A DNA stretch of 46,108 nucleotides, taken from positions 1-46,108 of the forward strand of contig JAVHQG010000200.1 of the NCBI GenBank assembly GCA_036171035.1, written 5' to 3'. Origin of the DNA: Bacteroidales bacterium. GTDB lineage: Bacteria; Bacteroidota; Bacteroidia; Bacteroidales; GWF2-35-48. Positions 18,901 to 27,485 of the stretch are shown here, one piece after another. Within the stretch, counting starts at the first letter, position 1. Each line of letters opens with the position of its first letter. The position numbers and the translations under genes are program-made. The notes beneath the pieces were generated by a model, which did not search any database, was not told the DNA's origin, and saw only the letters and a list, made by a program, of their open reading frames with translations.

Positions 18901-21900
18901 ATTCATTGGGTTCATATCCAAGCATGGTAAAGAATTTTGGACTGAGATAATCCATTTCGTTTTTATCGACATTGAAATCCCATAATCCCTCATTGGCTGC
19001 ATCTAACGCCATTTGCAAACGTTGTTCGTTTTTTGACAATAGCTCCTCTGATACTTTTTGTTCTGTGATATCAAGAATTAAACCTTCAAGAGCCATCAAT
19101 TCGCCTGTATTATCAAAAATACCACACCCCTGTTCCCAGACCCATTTTATTTTTCCTGAAGCTGTAATTATGCGATATGTAAGCCGAAATGGGGCTTTAC
19201 GATCGATTTCTCTCTGAACATTTTGATTTACGTATGTGCGATCTTCTGGATAGATAATGTCATTGTAGGATAATTTGTTGTTGTTGATTAAGTCTTCAGT
19301 TTTGTAGCCGGTTAGTGAAAAACAATTTCCACTAAGTATTTCCATTGTCCACTCGCTATCATTTTTACAACGATAAATCATTCCGGGGGTGTTTGAAATC
19401 ATGGTTGCAAGCGTTCTTTGGCTTTCAAGCAGAGCTTTTTCAGCATTTTTTCGCTCGCTCACATCTCTGATAAATGCTTGATAAATTCCTTGCGGCATCC
19501 GTTTGGTGTTCATTTCAATGGATGTAGTTGTTCCATCTTTTCTGGTAAGTTCGCGTTCTGTGAAAACAGATTCACCTTTTAATAACAGATCATATCGTAA
19601 TGGTTTTTCTGCTAAAACTTTTTCAGAATAAAGATTTTTCATGTTCATTGTCAGCAGTTCTGCTTCCGTATAGCCCGTGATTTTAGATGCACTAGAATTT
19701 ACTCCAATAAAATTTCCTTTATCATCGCCAAGAAATATCCCATCAACAGCCAGTTCTACTATACTTCTGAAATTATTTTCGCTTTCTTTTAGTGTTAGTT
19801 CTGTTTGTTTTATTTCAGTTATGTCTTTTGCGGAAATAATGATTCCGGTAATCTTATTGTTTTTGTCATAAATAGGTTTGTAGTTCATTTCAAGCCATAG
19901 CTCAATTGTCTCTGAAGTATATGGCTTTTCTTCGGTTATTATTTCACCCTTAAAGGCTGCGTTGATTTTTTCTTTGAAAGTATCAATATATAGTGGAGGA
20001 ATGAAATTGAGTATGTTCTCAAATTCCGTTATAACCTTATTGGAAATGATATGTATTAACTCGATAGTTGTGTTGTTGTATGAAATGATTTTGTAGTCTT
20101 TGTTGATGAGGACAATTGCTTGAGATAGACCATTAAAAATGGCTTTCATGTTTGTTTCTGAATTTTGTATTTTTTCATTCAGATTTAGTGTTAAATTTAG
20201 TGCACTTTGCAATTCTTTTTGACTTTTTAATAGGTCTGCATTGAGTATTTTGGTTTGTTCTAACAATAAAGTTTGTTCTTTCTCTTGAAACTTTTGAGCT
20301 GAAATATCAATAACAATTCCTCTTGTTCCAATGGCTTTTCCATTTTTATTTATTGGGTTTATATGAATAATAACAGGGAAGACTGTCCCATCTTTTTTTA
20401 TTGCTCGATATTCATGTTTGCGTGGTTTGTTTTCTTGAAGTGTATTTTGTCTGTTTTGTATGGCTTTTATTTTATCTTCTTCAGCTATCATTATGAACAC
20501 CTGCATCCCTTTTTCCATTTCTTCGACTGTATATCCAAATAGCGTAAACCATGTGTTGTTGGTGTATGTAAAGATTCCATTTTCGTTTGTTTCATAAATA
20601 GCTTCTGGGAGTAGGTCGGCTAAATCTCTGAATTTTTTCCTGCTTTCAGAAAGAAGTTGCTCGGTTATTTTTCGTTCGTTGATTTCTTTTTGGAGTATGA
20701 TCGCATTGCTCCGTTTATTGTTGTATAACGAGTACAGAATGATGACCAGAACAGCGAAAATCAAGGCAATTATAAAAATGGTGTTGAGGATGAGCTGGCT
20801 TTTGTGATATTTTAGATCTCTAATCTCATTTTCCTTTTGATCGATGTTGAATTTATACTGAAGGTCAGTTATGTTCTGGCTACGCTCTTCATGGAGTATC
20901 TTGTCTCTTATCTGATTATAAAGCATCAGGTAAGTAATGGTTTTATCTTTATTTCCCATTTTTAAATAGATTTCAGAAAGAAGTAGGTAATCTTCCTGAA
21001 CAAATCGGAGTAGATAGTTTTCTGATGCAATATTCAGACTTCTGGTATAATAGAAAATGGCTGTATCGCTCATGTTTAGCAGTGAGAACGTTTTTCCAAT
21101 ATTTTTATATGTAACAGCAAGTTGATTGTTGTCTTTAGTTTCATAGGAAAGATATAGTGAGGAATAAAATTTTTTTAAAGCTTCATTTACATTACCTCTG
21201 TCTCTGTAAACATTCCCAATATTATTAAGCAGAGATGCCACTTCTTTATAATTTTTTTTTCTTTTATAAATCATCAGCGATTTTAGGTAATATTCTAGTG
21301 CAAGGTTGTACATGTTAGATGACCAGTAGATGTTACCGATGTTAAGCAGTGAATAGCCTTCTTCTGTTTCATTTTTTATTTTTTTACTCAATATCAGTGC
21401 TTGATTATAGCAGTCGATTGCTTTTGTGCTTTGTCCCATGTTTTTGTATGCAATACCGCATTTATTCAGCGATTGTGCAATTCCTGACTGGTACTTAATG
21501 TTTTGATATAATGATAATGCCTGTAGATGAAACTCAAGTGATTTTATGTAATCACCAAACAGCCTATAAACGGTGCCCATATTGTTCAATGAAGCGGCTT
21601 CCTCTTTTTGATTGTTATAGCGTTTTGAGGCAGAAAGTGCTTTTTGATAAAAATTTAGTGCTTCAATATTATTGCCGAGTGTTCTGTATCCATTGCCAAT
21701 AAGGTTAAAGGCAGTCGATTTTTCGCTGAAAATTCCCAGTCTGTTCTGGGTTTTTAGTGCTAATTTTGAAAAGTAAATAGTTCTTTCAGGATCAATGTTA
21801 TCGTAGTAACGTGCAAGGGTGAGTAGGATGTTGATTCTTTCTGCATCTTTCACTGTTGTTACTTTTTGTTCCAAACTGTCGATATTGATTTCAGTCGGCA

Positions 21901-21970
21901 CACAATATGAGCAGTAAGCGCAAAAAATTATCAGAAGTAAGGTAAGGAGATATTTTATTCTGATTTTCAT
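15944..21970 (-). CDS. Giant hybrid sensor histidine kinase / response regulator (TPR array, TM, 9 PAS domains, HisKA, HATPase_c, REC)
   Basis: 2008 aa. Signal/TM at aa 1-23. TPR-like repeats at about aa 40-350 (recurrent LNNIGNVY / A...Y.KAL). TM at aa 393-416. Nine PAS/PAC units at about aa 440-1625, each ending in ...DI[ST]ERK. H-box [11 protein letters not shown] (His1651). G-boxes DTGIGI...GGTGLGLAI. Receiver ILIVEDD...[13 protein letters not shown] (Asp1943)...KP. Confidence 0.9.
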   Translation of the reverse strand: MKIRIKYLLTLLLIIFCAYCSYCVPTEINIDSLEQKVTTVKDAERINILLTLARYYDNIDPERTIYFSKLALKTQNRLGIFSEKSTAFNLIGNGYRTLGNNIEALNFYQKALSASKRYNNQKEEAASLNNMGTVYRLFGDYIKSLEFHLQALSLYQNIKYQSGIAQSLNKCGIAYKNMGQSTKAIDCYNQALILSKKIKNETEEGYSLLNIGNIYWSSNMYNLALEYYLKSLMIYKRKKNYKEVASLLNNIGNVYRDRGNVNEALKKFYSSLYLSYETKDNNQLAVTYKNIGKTFSLLNMSDTAIFYYTRSLNIASENYLLRFVQEDYLLLSEIYLKMGNKDKTITYLMLYNQIRDKILHEERSQNITDLQYKFNIDQKENEIRDLKYHKSQLILNTIFIIALIFAVLVIILYSLYNNKRSNAIILQKEINERKITEQLLSESRKKFRDLADLLPEAIYETNENGIFTYTNNTWFTLFGYTVEEMEKGMQVFIMIAEEDKIKAIQNRQNTLQENKPRKHEYRAIKKDGTVFPVIIHINPINKNGKAIGTRGIVIDISAQKFQEKEQTLLLEQTKILNADLLKSQKELQSALNLTLNLNEKIQNSETNMKAIFNGLSQAIVLINKDYKIISYNNTTIELIHIISNKVITEFENILNFIPPLYIDTFKEKINAAFKGEIITEEKPYTSETIELWLEMNYKPIYDKNNKITGIIISAKDITEIKQTELTLKESENNFRSIVELAVDGIFLGDDKGNFIGVNSSASKITGYTEAELLTMNMKNLYSEKVLAEKPLRYDLLLKGESVFTERELTRKDGTTTSIEMNTKRMPQGIYQAFIRDVSERKNAEKALLESQRTLATMISNTPGMIYRCKNDSEWTMEILSGNCFSLTGYKTEDLINNNKLSYNDIIYPEDRTYVNQNVQREIDRKAPFRLTYRIITASGKIKWVWEQGCGIFDNTGELMALEGLILDITEQKVSEELLSKNEQRLQMALDAANEGLWDFNVDKNEMDYLSPKFFTMLGYEPNEFAVSFEKMISLIYPSDVEKFQRHLKNYIRKKTKSLHIEFRMITKNGNHIWILSKGKAIAWDELQNITRLIGTHTDISERKNFEEHLIENELKFRAAFENVNYGKIIVGKDKKILQCNKAFCNILGYTSDDLLGKTFDDITHPEDIDHSDVIYKDLINGKKSYVQFQKHYLKKNGDIISVNLDISLVRNINGDPLYFITHVQDITEADKTAKILIRSEEKYRQLAEQTSDIIWTMDMKMNLTYLNPVIKKHLGYTVEEYLMLPIEKKFPRNAIKITNDIIEAELLKIKNGIIPVKNYAVVYELQHYHKNGSIMWGEVSFTFLFNEENIVSGIQGTTRNITERKHIEDAMRKSEEQLKFALEAANDGLWDFNPSTNTVNYLSPRWYTLLKFEPYEFPMDFNRWINLIHDEDKETVRHAMKNEISDNTSTFSIEYRMQTKDGSYRWMLSHGKQMQTDEAGNITRMVGTHSDISGRKETEEALKASRQKYMELTEFLPQPIFEIDSNANFIFVNRQALLSFGYTKEDVQNGLNAVSCIVEKDKERAMSHIIEVLQGKSSIQNEYMFIKKDSTTFSGIVSSTPVFINNKIVGMRGIIFDITERKNIETELKQAKDKAEESDRLKSTFLANMSHEIRTPMNAILGFTELLKSTDLTEDKKMNFIDIISKRGKDLLNIINDIIDISKIESKQMKINRTQCLLNNVLQELYVFFENDINLREKKKLKLKLKTTLNNNSGFVLIDDMRLKQILTNLLSNSVKFTSTGIIEFGYTIDNNMLCFYVKDTGIGISKDKQAVIFDRFRQADDSTSRNYGGTGLGLAISKNLVEMMNGSISVESEMGQGSIFSFKLPYLPVSELIQYEQNKIVTNQKFVWSNKTILIVEDDKVNFLYLSTLLRKTKVQIIHAFNGKEAVEICRTNQPINLILMDIQMPEMNGYDATRAIKTFLPKTPIIAQTAYAMEEDRIKCEQAGCDEFIIKPIKIDVLINMIDKFI

Positions 21971-22031
21971 TTTTAGCTAATGTAAAATTTTACTTACTTT
22001 AATTCTCTCCTTGATGGTAATGTTTTTTACT

Positions 22032-23771
22032 TTATATAAGATTCATGGATTTCCCAATATTTTTAATTTTTTCGTCAAGCATTTGGTTAACTTTATTGTA
22101 TTCTCCAACTGTTTCTAATTTTTCCCGAACACTGATATAGAATTTTATTTTAGGTTCTGTGCCGGATGGTCGTACAGAAATCTTTGTGCCATCGGCTAGA
22201 ATAAATTGCAGAACGTTGGATTTTGGTAAGTGTATATCATTTTGTGTATCAGCATCTAGGTTGATTTCTTTTTGTAACTGGTAATCTTTAATGGTAACCA
22301 CTTTTGATAGGTTTATGATTGAAGGCGGATTGTTCCTGTAATCCTGCATCATTTTTTGAATTTCCTCTGTTCCACTTTTTCCATATTTTTCCACATTTAC
22401 CAATGCTTCTTTATAAAAACCAAATTCTTTGTAAATATCAAGCAGGTTATCAAAAAGTGATTTTCCTGAATTTTTTGCAACAGCGGCTGTTTCGGCAATC
22501 AGGGCACATGCCATCACAGCATCTTTATCTCGCACGAAATCACCTGCCAGATAGCCATAGCTTTCTTCTCCGCCACAAATAAATTGTTTTTTCCCTTCGT
22601 TTTGTAAAATAGTGTCGGCAATAAATTTAAAACCTGTCAGCACATCAAAGTATGCCACATTATAATTTTTTGCAATATCAGCAAGCAATTCAGTTGTTAC
22701 AATTGTTTTTACGATATATTCATTGCCTTTTAATTTCCCTTTTTCTGCCCATTTTGATATGAGATAGTTAAAAAGAATGGCTGCAGTCTGATTCCCATTT
22801 AATAAGATAAAAATACCTTCATGGTTGCGGACTGCTATGCCCACGCGGTCGGCATCGGGATCTGTAGCCAAAACGAGGTCTGCATTGGTTTCATTTGCTT
22901 TTGCTATTGCCATGCTCAATGCAGCGGGTACTTCCGGATTAGGGGATACAACAGTAGGGAAATTCCCATCACTTATCATTTGTTCTGCCACAAATTGTAC
23001 ATTATTGAATCCGAATTTTTTCAATATCTCGGGGACTAATTTTACACCAGATCCATGCAGTGGTGTATAAACGATTTTTAAATCTTTATTTTTCTCAATA
23101 ATGTCTGGAGAAAGAGATAGGGCTTTAATTTTTTCTAAATAAATTTTGTCTATTGTCTCACCAATAATTTCGATTTCATTTTTATTTCCTTTAAAATTTA
23201 CTTCGTCAATTGATGTGATTTTTTGTACTTCAGCAATAATATTTTTATCGTGTGGACTGATAATTTGACCTCCGTCGTTCCAGTATGCTTTATATCCGTT
23301 GTATTGTTTAGGGTTGTGGGAGGCTGTAATTACAACTCCGCTCTGGCAGCCAAGATGTCTGATTGCAAATGATAATTCAGGGGTTGGACGTAAAGCATCA
23401 AAAAGGAAAACTTTAAATCTGTTTGCTGAAAAAATGTTGGCAGTTGCTTCTGCAAATAATCTGCTGTTGTTGCGACTGTCGTACGCTACTGCAACTTTAA
23501 TTTTCTGATTTGGAAACTGCAATTTTAAATAATTGCACAGTCCCTGGGTTGCCATTCCTACAGTATAAATATTCATTCTGTTTGTCCCAACACCCATGAT
23601 TCCACGAAGTCCTCCGGTACCAAATTCCAAATCCTGATAAAACGACTCGATGAGTTCTTTTTCATCATTTTCAATCAGGTTTTTTACACTGTTGCGTGTT
23701 GTTTCATCAAAGTTATTTGCAAGCCATTTTTGGGCTTTCGTTTTTACAAGTGTTAATATATTTTCTGACAT
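22032..23771 (-). CDS. Phosphoglucomutase/phosphomannomutase-family phospho-sugar mutase
   Basis: Contains FGTGGLRG, the active-site TASHNPKQYNGYK, DPDADR, and GGEESYG. Confidence 0.9.
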   Translation of the reverse strand: MSENILTLVKTKAQKWLANNFDETTRNSVKNLIENDEKELIESFYQDLEFGTGGLRGIMGVGTNRMNIYTVGMATQGLCNYLKLQFPNQKIKVAVAYDSRNNSRLFAEATANIFSANRFKVFLFDALRPTPELSFAIRHLGCQSGVVITASHNPKQYNGYKAYWNDGGQIISPHDKNIIAEVQKITSIDEVNFKGNKNEIEIIGETIDKIYLEKIKALSLSPDIIEKNKDLKIVYTPLHGSGVKLVPEILKKFGFNNVQFVAEQMISDGNFPTVVSPNPEVPAALSMAIAKANETNADLVLATDPDADRVGIAVRNHEGIFILLNGNQTAAILFNYLISKWAEKGKLKGNEYIVKTIVTTELLADIAKNYNVAYFDVLTGFKFIADTILQNEGKKQFICGGEESYGYLAGDFVRDKDAVMACALIAETAAVAKNSGKSLFDNLLDIYKEFGFYKEALVNVEKYGKSGTEEIQKMMQDYRNNPPSIINLSKVVTIKDYQLQKEINLDADTQNDIHLPKSNVLQFILADGTKISVRPSGTEPKIKFYISVREKLETVGEYNKVNQMLDEKIKNIGKSMNLI

Positions 23772-23788
23772 AATTTATAGAATTAAAG

Positions 23789-24670
23789 CTATGCGTTTTG
23801 AATTAATTTTGAAATACATTCTTTCAGACTATCTTTCCAGTATGGTATTTCTATGTTGTAATCTGCTTTTATTTTTGCCTTATTGAATACACTGTAGCAT
23901 GGTCGTTTTGCAGGTAGGGGATAGTCTTTTGTTTCAATCGGATGAATTTTACAGTCAATGGATGCAAGTGCTAAAATTTCTTTGGCAAAATCATACCAAC
24001 TGCATACGCCTTCGTTTGCATAATGATAAATTCCGGATTTGAACGAATCAGGATTTTCAAGTATGTTACATGTGATTTTAATAATTGCATCAGCTAAATC
24101 TCTGGCATATGTGGGACCACCTACCTGATCATAGACAACATTCATGGAATCTTTTTCTTTTCCATATCTCAACATTGTTTTCACAAAATTATTTCCAAAT
24201 TCAGAATATAGCCACGAAGTTCTGATGATGATATAATCATTTGTAATATTTTTAATGGCAGTTTCGCCACCAAGTTTTGTGAGACCGTAGGCTGATGGCG
24301 GATTGGTTGGGTCATCCTCTTTATATGGAACCACATTGTTGCCATCAAAAACATAATCAGTTGAAATATGGATTAATTTTGCTTTATATTTCACAGCAAT
24401 TTCTGCCAGATGTGCCGGTGCAACTGTATTGAGAAGTGTCGCTTTATCAGTTTCCACCTCGGCTTTATCAACTGCTGTATATGCGGCACAATTGATTATG
24501 ATATTAATTTTATTTTTAGTAAAAAAACTATCAAGTGAACCAAAATCAGTAATGTTAAGGGTATCAACATCTGTAAATAGAAAATTATATGTAGAGAATG
24601 ATTTCGAAATGTTCTGAATCTCGTTGCCTAACTGCCCGTTTGCACCTGTAACAAGTATTGTTTGTCTCAT
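23789..24670 (-). CDS. rfbD: dTDP-4-dehydrorhamnose reductase
   Basis: Contains ILVTGANGQLG, INCAAYTAVDKAE, STDYVFDG, YG.TKL.GE, and a PAKRP..S tail. Start set to ATG 24670 rather than the upstream TTG. Confidence 0.85.
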   Translation of the reverse strand: MRQTILVTGANGQLGNEIQNISKSFSTYNFLFTDVDTLNITDFGSLDSFFTKNKINIIINCAAYTAVDKAEVETDKATLLNTVAPAHLAEIAVKYKAKLIHISTDYVFDGNNVVPYKEDDPTNPPSAYGLTKLGGETAIKNITNDYIIIRTSWLYSEFGNNFVKTMLRYGKEKDSMNVVYDQVGGPTYARDLADAIIKITCNILENPDSFKSGIYHYANEGVCSWYDFAKEILALASIDCKIHPIETKDYPLPAKRPCYSVFNKAKIKADYNIEIPYWKDSLKECISKLIQNA

Positions 24671-24733
24671 AAAATAAAATTTAAACAAATATAAAAAAAA
24701 ATATCTATTTATTGAAAAACCCGAAATTTATTA

Positions 24734-24741
24734 TACTTTTG
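24734..24741 (+). promoter_or_regulatory. Candidate -7 box (TACTTTTG) upstream of the LipL32-like gene
   Basis: Matches TAnnTTTG about 54 nt upstream of ATG 24795. No clear -33 element was seen. Confidence 0.3.
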
Positions 24742-24794
24742 CTATACAAAGAATTATTATTTCGTTTATCTATTATTAATTTAAATTTTTTATT

Positions 24795-25529
24795 ATGAGA
24801 AACATTAAAAGGTTATTTGCAATTATGTTAGTTGTTGCAGTTTGCTTTTCAGCAAATGCACAGAAATTGAAAAAATTCGGAATGGACATCAAGAAAAAAC
24901 ATTATCCTGTACTTGGTGATGTTCGTATTCCTTACACAGATGTTATTGAGTATTTTGGTTATGTTAAGCCAGGCGAACCAGCTGATGAAGTAAAAGGTGG
25001 AAAAAAATACTATTACATTTATGTTTGGATTCCTGCTATTGCTCCTGAAATTGGTGTGAGAATGGTTTCTCCTGTTACAACCTTAAAACCAGGCAAAGAT
25101 TCTTTTGTATCTCCTGCATGGGAAGGTGGAAAAACTGATCAGAAAAATTATTTTGATACATGGATTTCTTTCGAAAGAGCACAAGGAGTTCTTTCTAAAG
25201 CAGATATTATTGCTAAAGGCAAAACCTGCGAATGGACTCTCTATGGTTCAAATGATGACAGTGGGGAATTGCCAAAACAACCTTCAGGAAACAAATACAA
25301 TTCTGTATTACGTATGACCAGCGAAATTAGTAATCCTTTAAAGGCTCTTGTTATTGGTCTTTATAGAATTGGATTTACTACTTATAAAGTTGGAGAAGTA
25401 CAGGGTTCATTTTATGCTCAAGTAGGTGCACCTGTTAAATTGCCAGGAGTGGCTATTGCTAAAGATCTTGAATCACTTGTGAAAAAGATGGAAGAAAGAG
25501 AAAAAGCTAAAGCAGAAAAGAAAAAATAA
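24795..25529 (+). CDS. LipL32-family secreted protein
   Basis: Signal peptide [23 protein letters not shown]. Blocks match the Leptospira LipL32 sequence as I remember it: [20 protein letters not shown]...[24 protein letters not shown] vs [20 protein letters not shown]...[34 protein letters not shown] vs [19 protein letters not shown] vs [33 protein letters not shown] vs [24 protein letters not shown]. Confidence 0.75.
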   Translation: [244 protein letters not shown]

Positions 25530-25551
25530 TTTAGAATATTAAAATTAAAAA

Positions 25552-25582
25552 AGCGAAGTATTTTTTACTTCGCTTTTTTTTA
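25552..25582 (+). terminator. Rho-independent terminator after the LipL32-like gene
   Basis: Stem agcgaagt / acttcgct, a 7-nt loop, followed by a T8 run. Confidence 0.7.
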
Positions 25583-25636
25583 TGTTTAGTTGTAAAAAAA
25601 TCCTGAATTTTCGGGGCTTTTTTTACAAAAGAATTA

Positions 25637-26827
25637 TTAATTCATTACTTGTTTTACTAAATCAGCAGCTTCTTGCAGTGTGATTGCAGAGAACACTTTT
25701 AATCCTGAATTGTCGATTATTTCCTTACCTAGTTCTGCGTTTGTCCCCTGTAGTCTGATGATGATAGGGACTCTGATTTCTCCGATATTTTTATAGGCTT
25801 CAACAATACCTGAAGCAACGCGATCGCAACGAACAATTCCTCCAAAAATGTTTACTAAGATAGCAGCCACTTTAGGATCTTTTAAAATAATTTTGAAACC
25901 GGCTTCAACTGTTGCTGCATTAGCTGAACCACCAACATCAAGAAAGTTTGCAGGCTCTCCACCGGATAATTTAATAATATCCATAGTTGCCATAGCCAAA
26001 CCTGCTCCATTAACCATGCAACCTACATTCCCATCAAGTTTTATAAAGTTAAGGTTTTGCTGACCTGCTTCTACTTCAGTTGGATCTTCTTCATTGAGGT
26101 CTCTTAAATTCATGTAGTCAGGGTGTTTGAACAATGCGTTGTCATCTAAAGTGATTTTCGCATCGGCTGCAAAAATAATGTCATCGGATGTTTTGAATAC
26201 AGGATTGATTTCAACCAAACTGGCATTACTAGCAATATAAGCTTTGCAAAGGGCTTCTACAAAAATGGTCATTTGTTTGAATGCTTTCCCCTCCAGTCCA
26301 AGATTAAATGCAATTCTGCGAGTTTGAAATGCTTGTATTCCAACACCGGGATTAATTTCTTCGGTAAAAATTAAATGAGGCGTTTTTTCAGCTACTGCTT
26401 CGATGTCCATTCCTCCTTCTGTTGAGTACATAATGACGTTTCTGCCGGTTTGTCTATTGAGCAAGATACTCATATAGTACTCACGAATTTTTGACGGACC
26501 GTCATAATAAATACTCTGTTCAATTAGTGCTTTATAAACTTTTTTACCAACAGGTCCGGTTTGATGGGTGACGAGCGTCATTCCGAGGATTTGTTTTGCG
26601 TAGGTTAGAACTTCGTCGATGTTTTTTGCAATTTTTACGCCACCGCCTTTACCTCTACCACCGGCATGAATCTGTGCTTTTACTGCCCAGCTTTCAACTC
26701 CGGTCTTTTCTTTAATGGTTTTAGCGGCTTGTAATGCTGCTTCCGGGGTATCAACAACAATTCCTTCAGGAACGGTAACTCCGAATTTTTTCAATAATGC
26801 TTTAGCTTGATATTCGTGAATGTTCAT
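25637..26827 (-). CDS. sucC: Succinate-CoA ligase (ADP-forming) beta subunit
   Basis: MNIHEYQAKALLKKFGV N-terminus. Contains KAQIHAGGRGKGGGVK, EINP, and a C-terminal GIVRCD ligase-CoA motif. No sucD is adjacent. Confidence 0.95.
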   Translation of the reverse strand: MNIHEYQAKALLKKFGVTVPEGIVVDTPEAALQAAKTIKEKTGVESWAVKAQIHAGGRGKGGGVKIAKNIDEVLTYAKQILGMTLVTHQTGPVGKKVYKALIEQSIYYDGPSKIREYYMSILLNRQTGRNVIMYSTEGGMDIEAVAEKTPHLIFTEEINPGVGIQAFQTRRIAFNLGLEGKAFKQMTIFVEALCKAYIASNASLVEINPVFKTSDDIIFAADAKITLDDNALFKHPDYMNLRDLNEEDPTEVEAGQQNLNFIKLDGNVGCMVNGAGLAMATMDIIKLSGGEPANFLDVGGSANAATVEAGFKIILKDPKVAAILVNIFGGIVRCDRVASGIVEAYKNIGEIRVPIIIRLQGTNAELGKEIIDNSGLKVFSAITLQEAADLVKQVMN

Positions 26828-26900
26828 ATCGTATGATTTTATTTTTTTGGACTAAATTAATATTTATTTATTTTACAGCTTAATTTATTTGATTTTTTTT

Positions 26901-27440
26901 ATGATTAAATTAAAAAATGAGGAATTACAACGTAAAACGATTGATGAATTTCAACAATCTGAAAAAGCTCCATTTGTTATAGTACTTGACAATGTGAGGA
27001 GTTTAATGAATATTGGTTCCGTGTTTCGAACTTCTGATGCATTTATGGTTGAATCTGTTTATTTGTGTGGAATAGCTGGTATCCCTCCTAATAAAGAAAT
27101 TTCAAAGACTGCTTTAGGTGCTGAAAATAGTGTGTCTTGGAAATATTTTCAAACAACAATGGATGCTATAAATATCTTACGTGTTCAAGGTTATACTATT
27201 ATTTCAATTGAGCAGGTGCAAGGGAGTATTGAGCTTCAGGATTTTAAGATAGAGAATGATAAAAAATATGCAATTATTTTTGGTCATGAGATAAAAGGAG
27301 TGGCTCAGGAGGTTGTTGATGCAAGTGATTTTTGCGTGGAGATTCCTCAATTTGGGACAAAGCATTCTTTTAATATTTCTGTGAGTGCCGGTATTGCATT
27401 ATGGGAGTTTTATAATAAATATCTTCAGTTGAAAGCATAA
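26901..27440 (+). CDS. TrmH/SpoU-family RNA 2'-O-methyltransferase
   Basis: Contains NIGSVFRTSDAF, IIFGHEIKGV, IPQFGTKHSFNISVSAGIALWE, the SPOUT knot motifs. Start set to ATG 26901. Confidence 0.8.
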   Translation: MIKLKNEELQRKTIDEFQQSEKAPFVIVLDNVRSLMNIGSVFRTSDAFMVESVYLCGIAGIPPNKEISKTALGAENSVSWKYFQTTMDAINILRVQGYTIISIEQVQGSIELQDFKIENDKKYAIIFGHEIKGVAQEVVDASDFCVEIPQFGTKHSFNISVSAGIALWEFYNKYLQLKA

Positions 27441-27470
27441 AAAAAGGAGCAGAAGTCTGCTCCTTTTTTA
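27439..27470. terminator. Bidirectional intrinsic terminator between convergent genes
   Basis: The sequence aaaaaaaggagcag-aagt-ctgctcctttttt has an 8-bp GC-containing stem flanked by an A-run and a T-run. It could serve both the plus-strand trmH-like gene and the minus-strand lipoprotein gene. Confidence 0.7.
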
Positions 27471-27485
27471 TGGTATGTTTAAATA

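Noticed and set aside
16830-21702. Several plus-strand ORFs of 63-166 aa inside the kinase locus. Similar antisense ORFs occur at 2285-2647, 6882-7364, 22319-23886, 29970-30341, 31252-31608, 32777-33037 and 40795-41881.
   Set aside because: All lie antisense to, or out of frame within, confidently identified genes. They have low-complexity composition and no start-site context.
25595-25636. A possible terminator hairpin for sucC (gtaaaaaaa...cctgaattttcgggg...tttttttac).
   Set aside because: The GC core pairs imperfectly (cctga / tcggg with a mismatch) and the rest is only A/T pairing. It is too weak to call from sequence alone.
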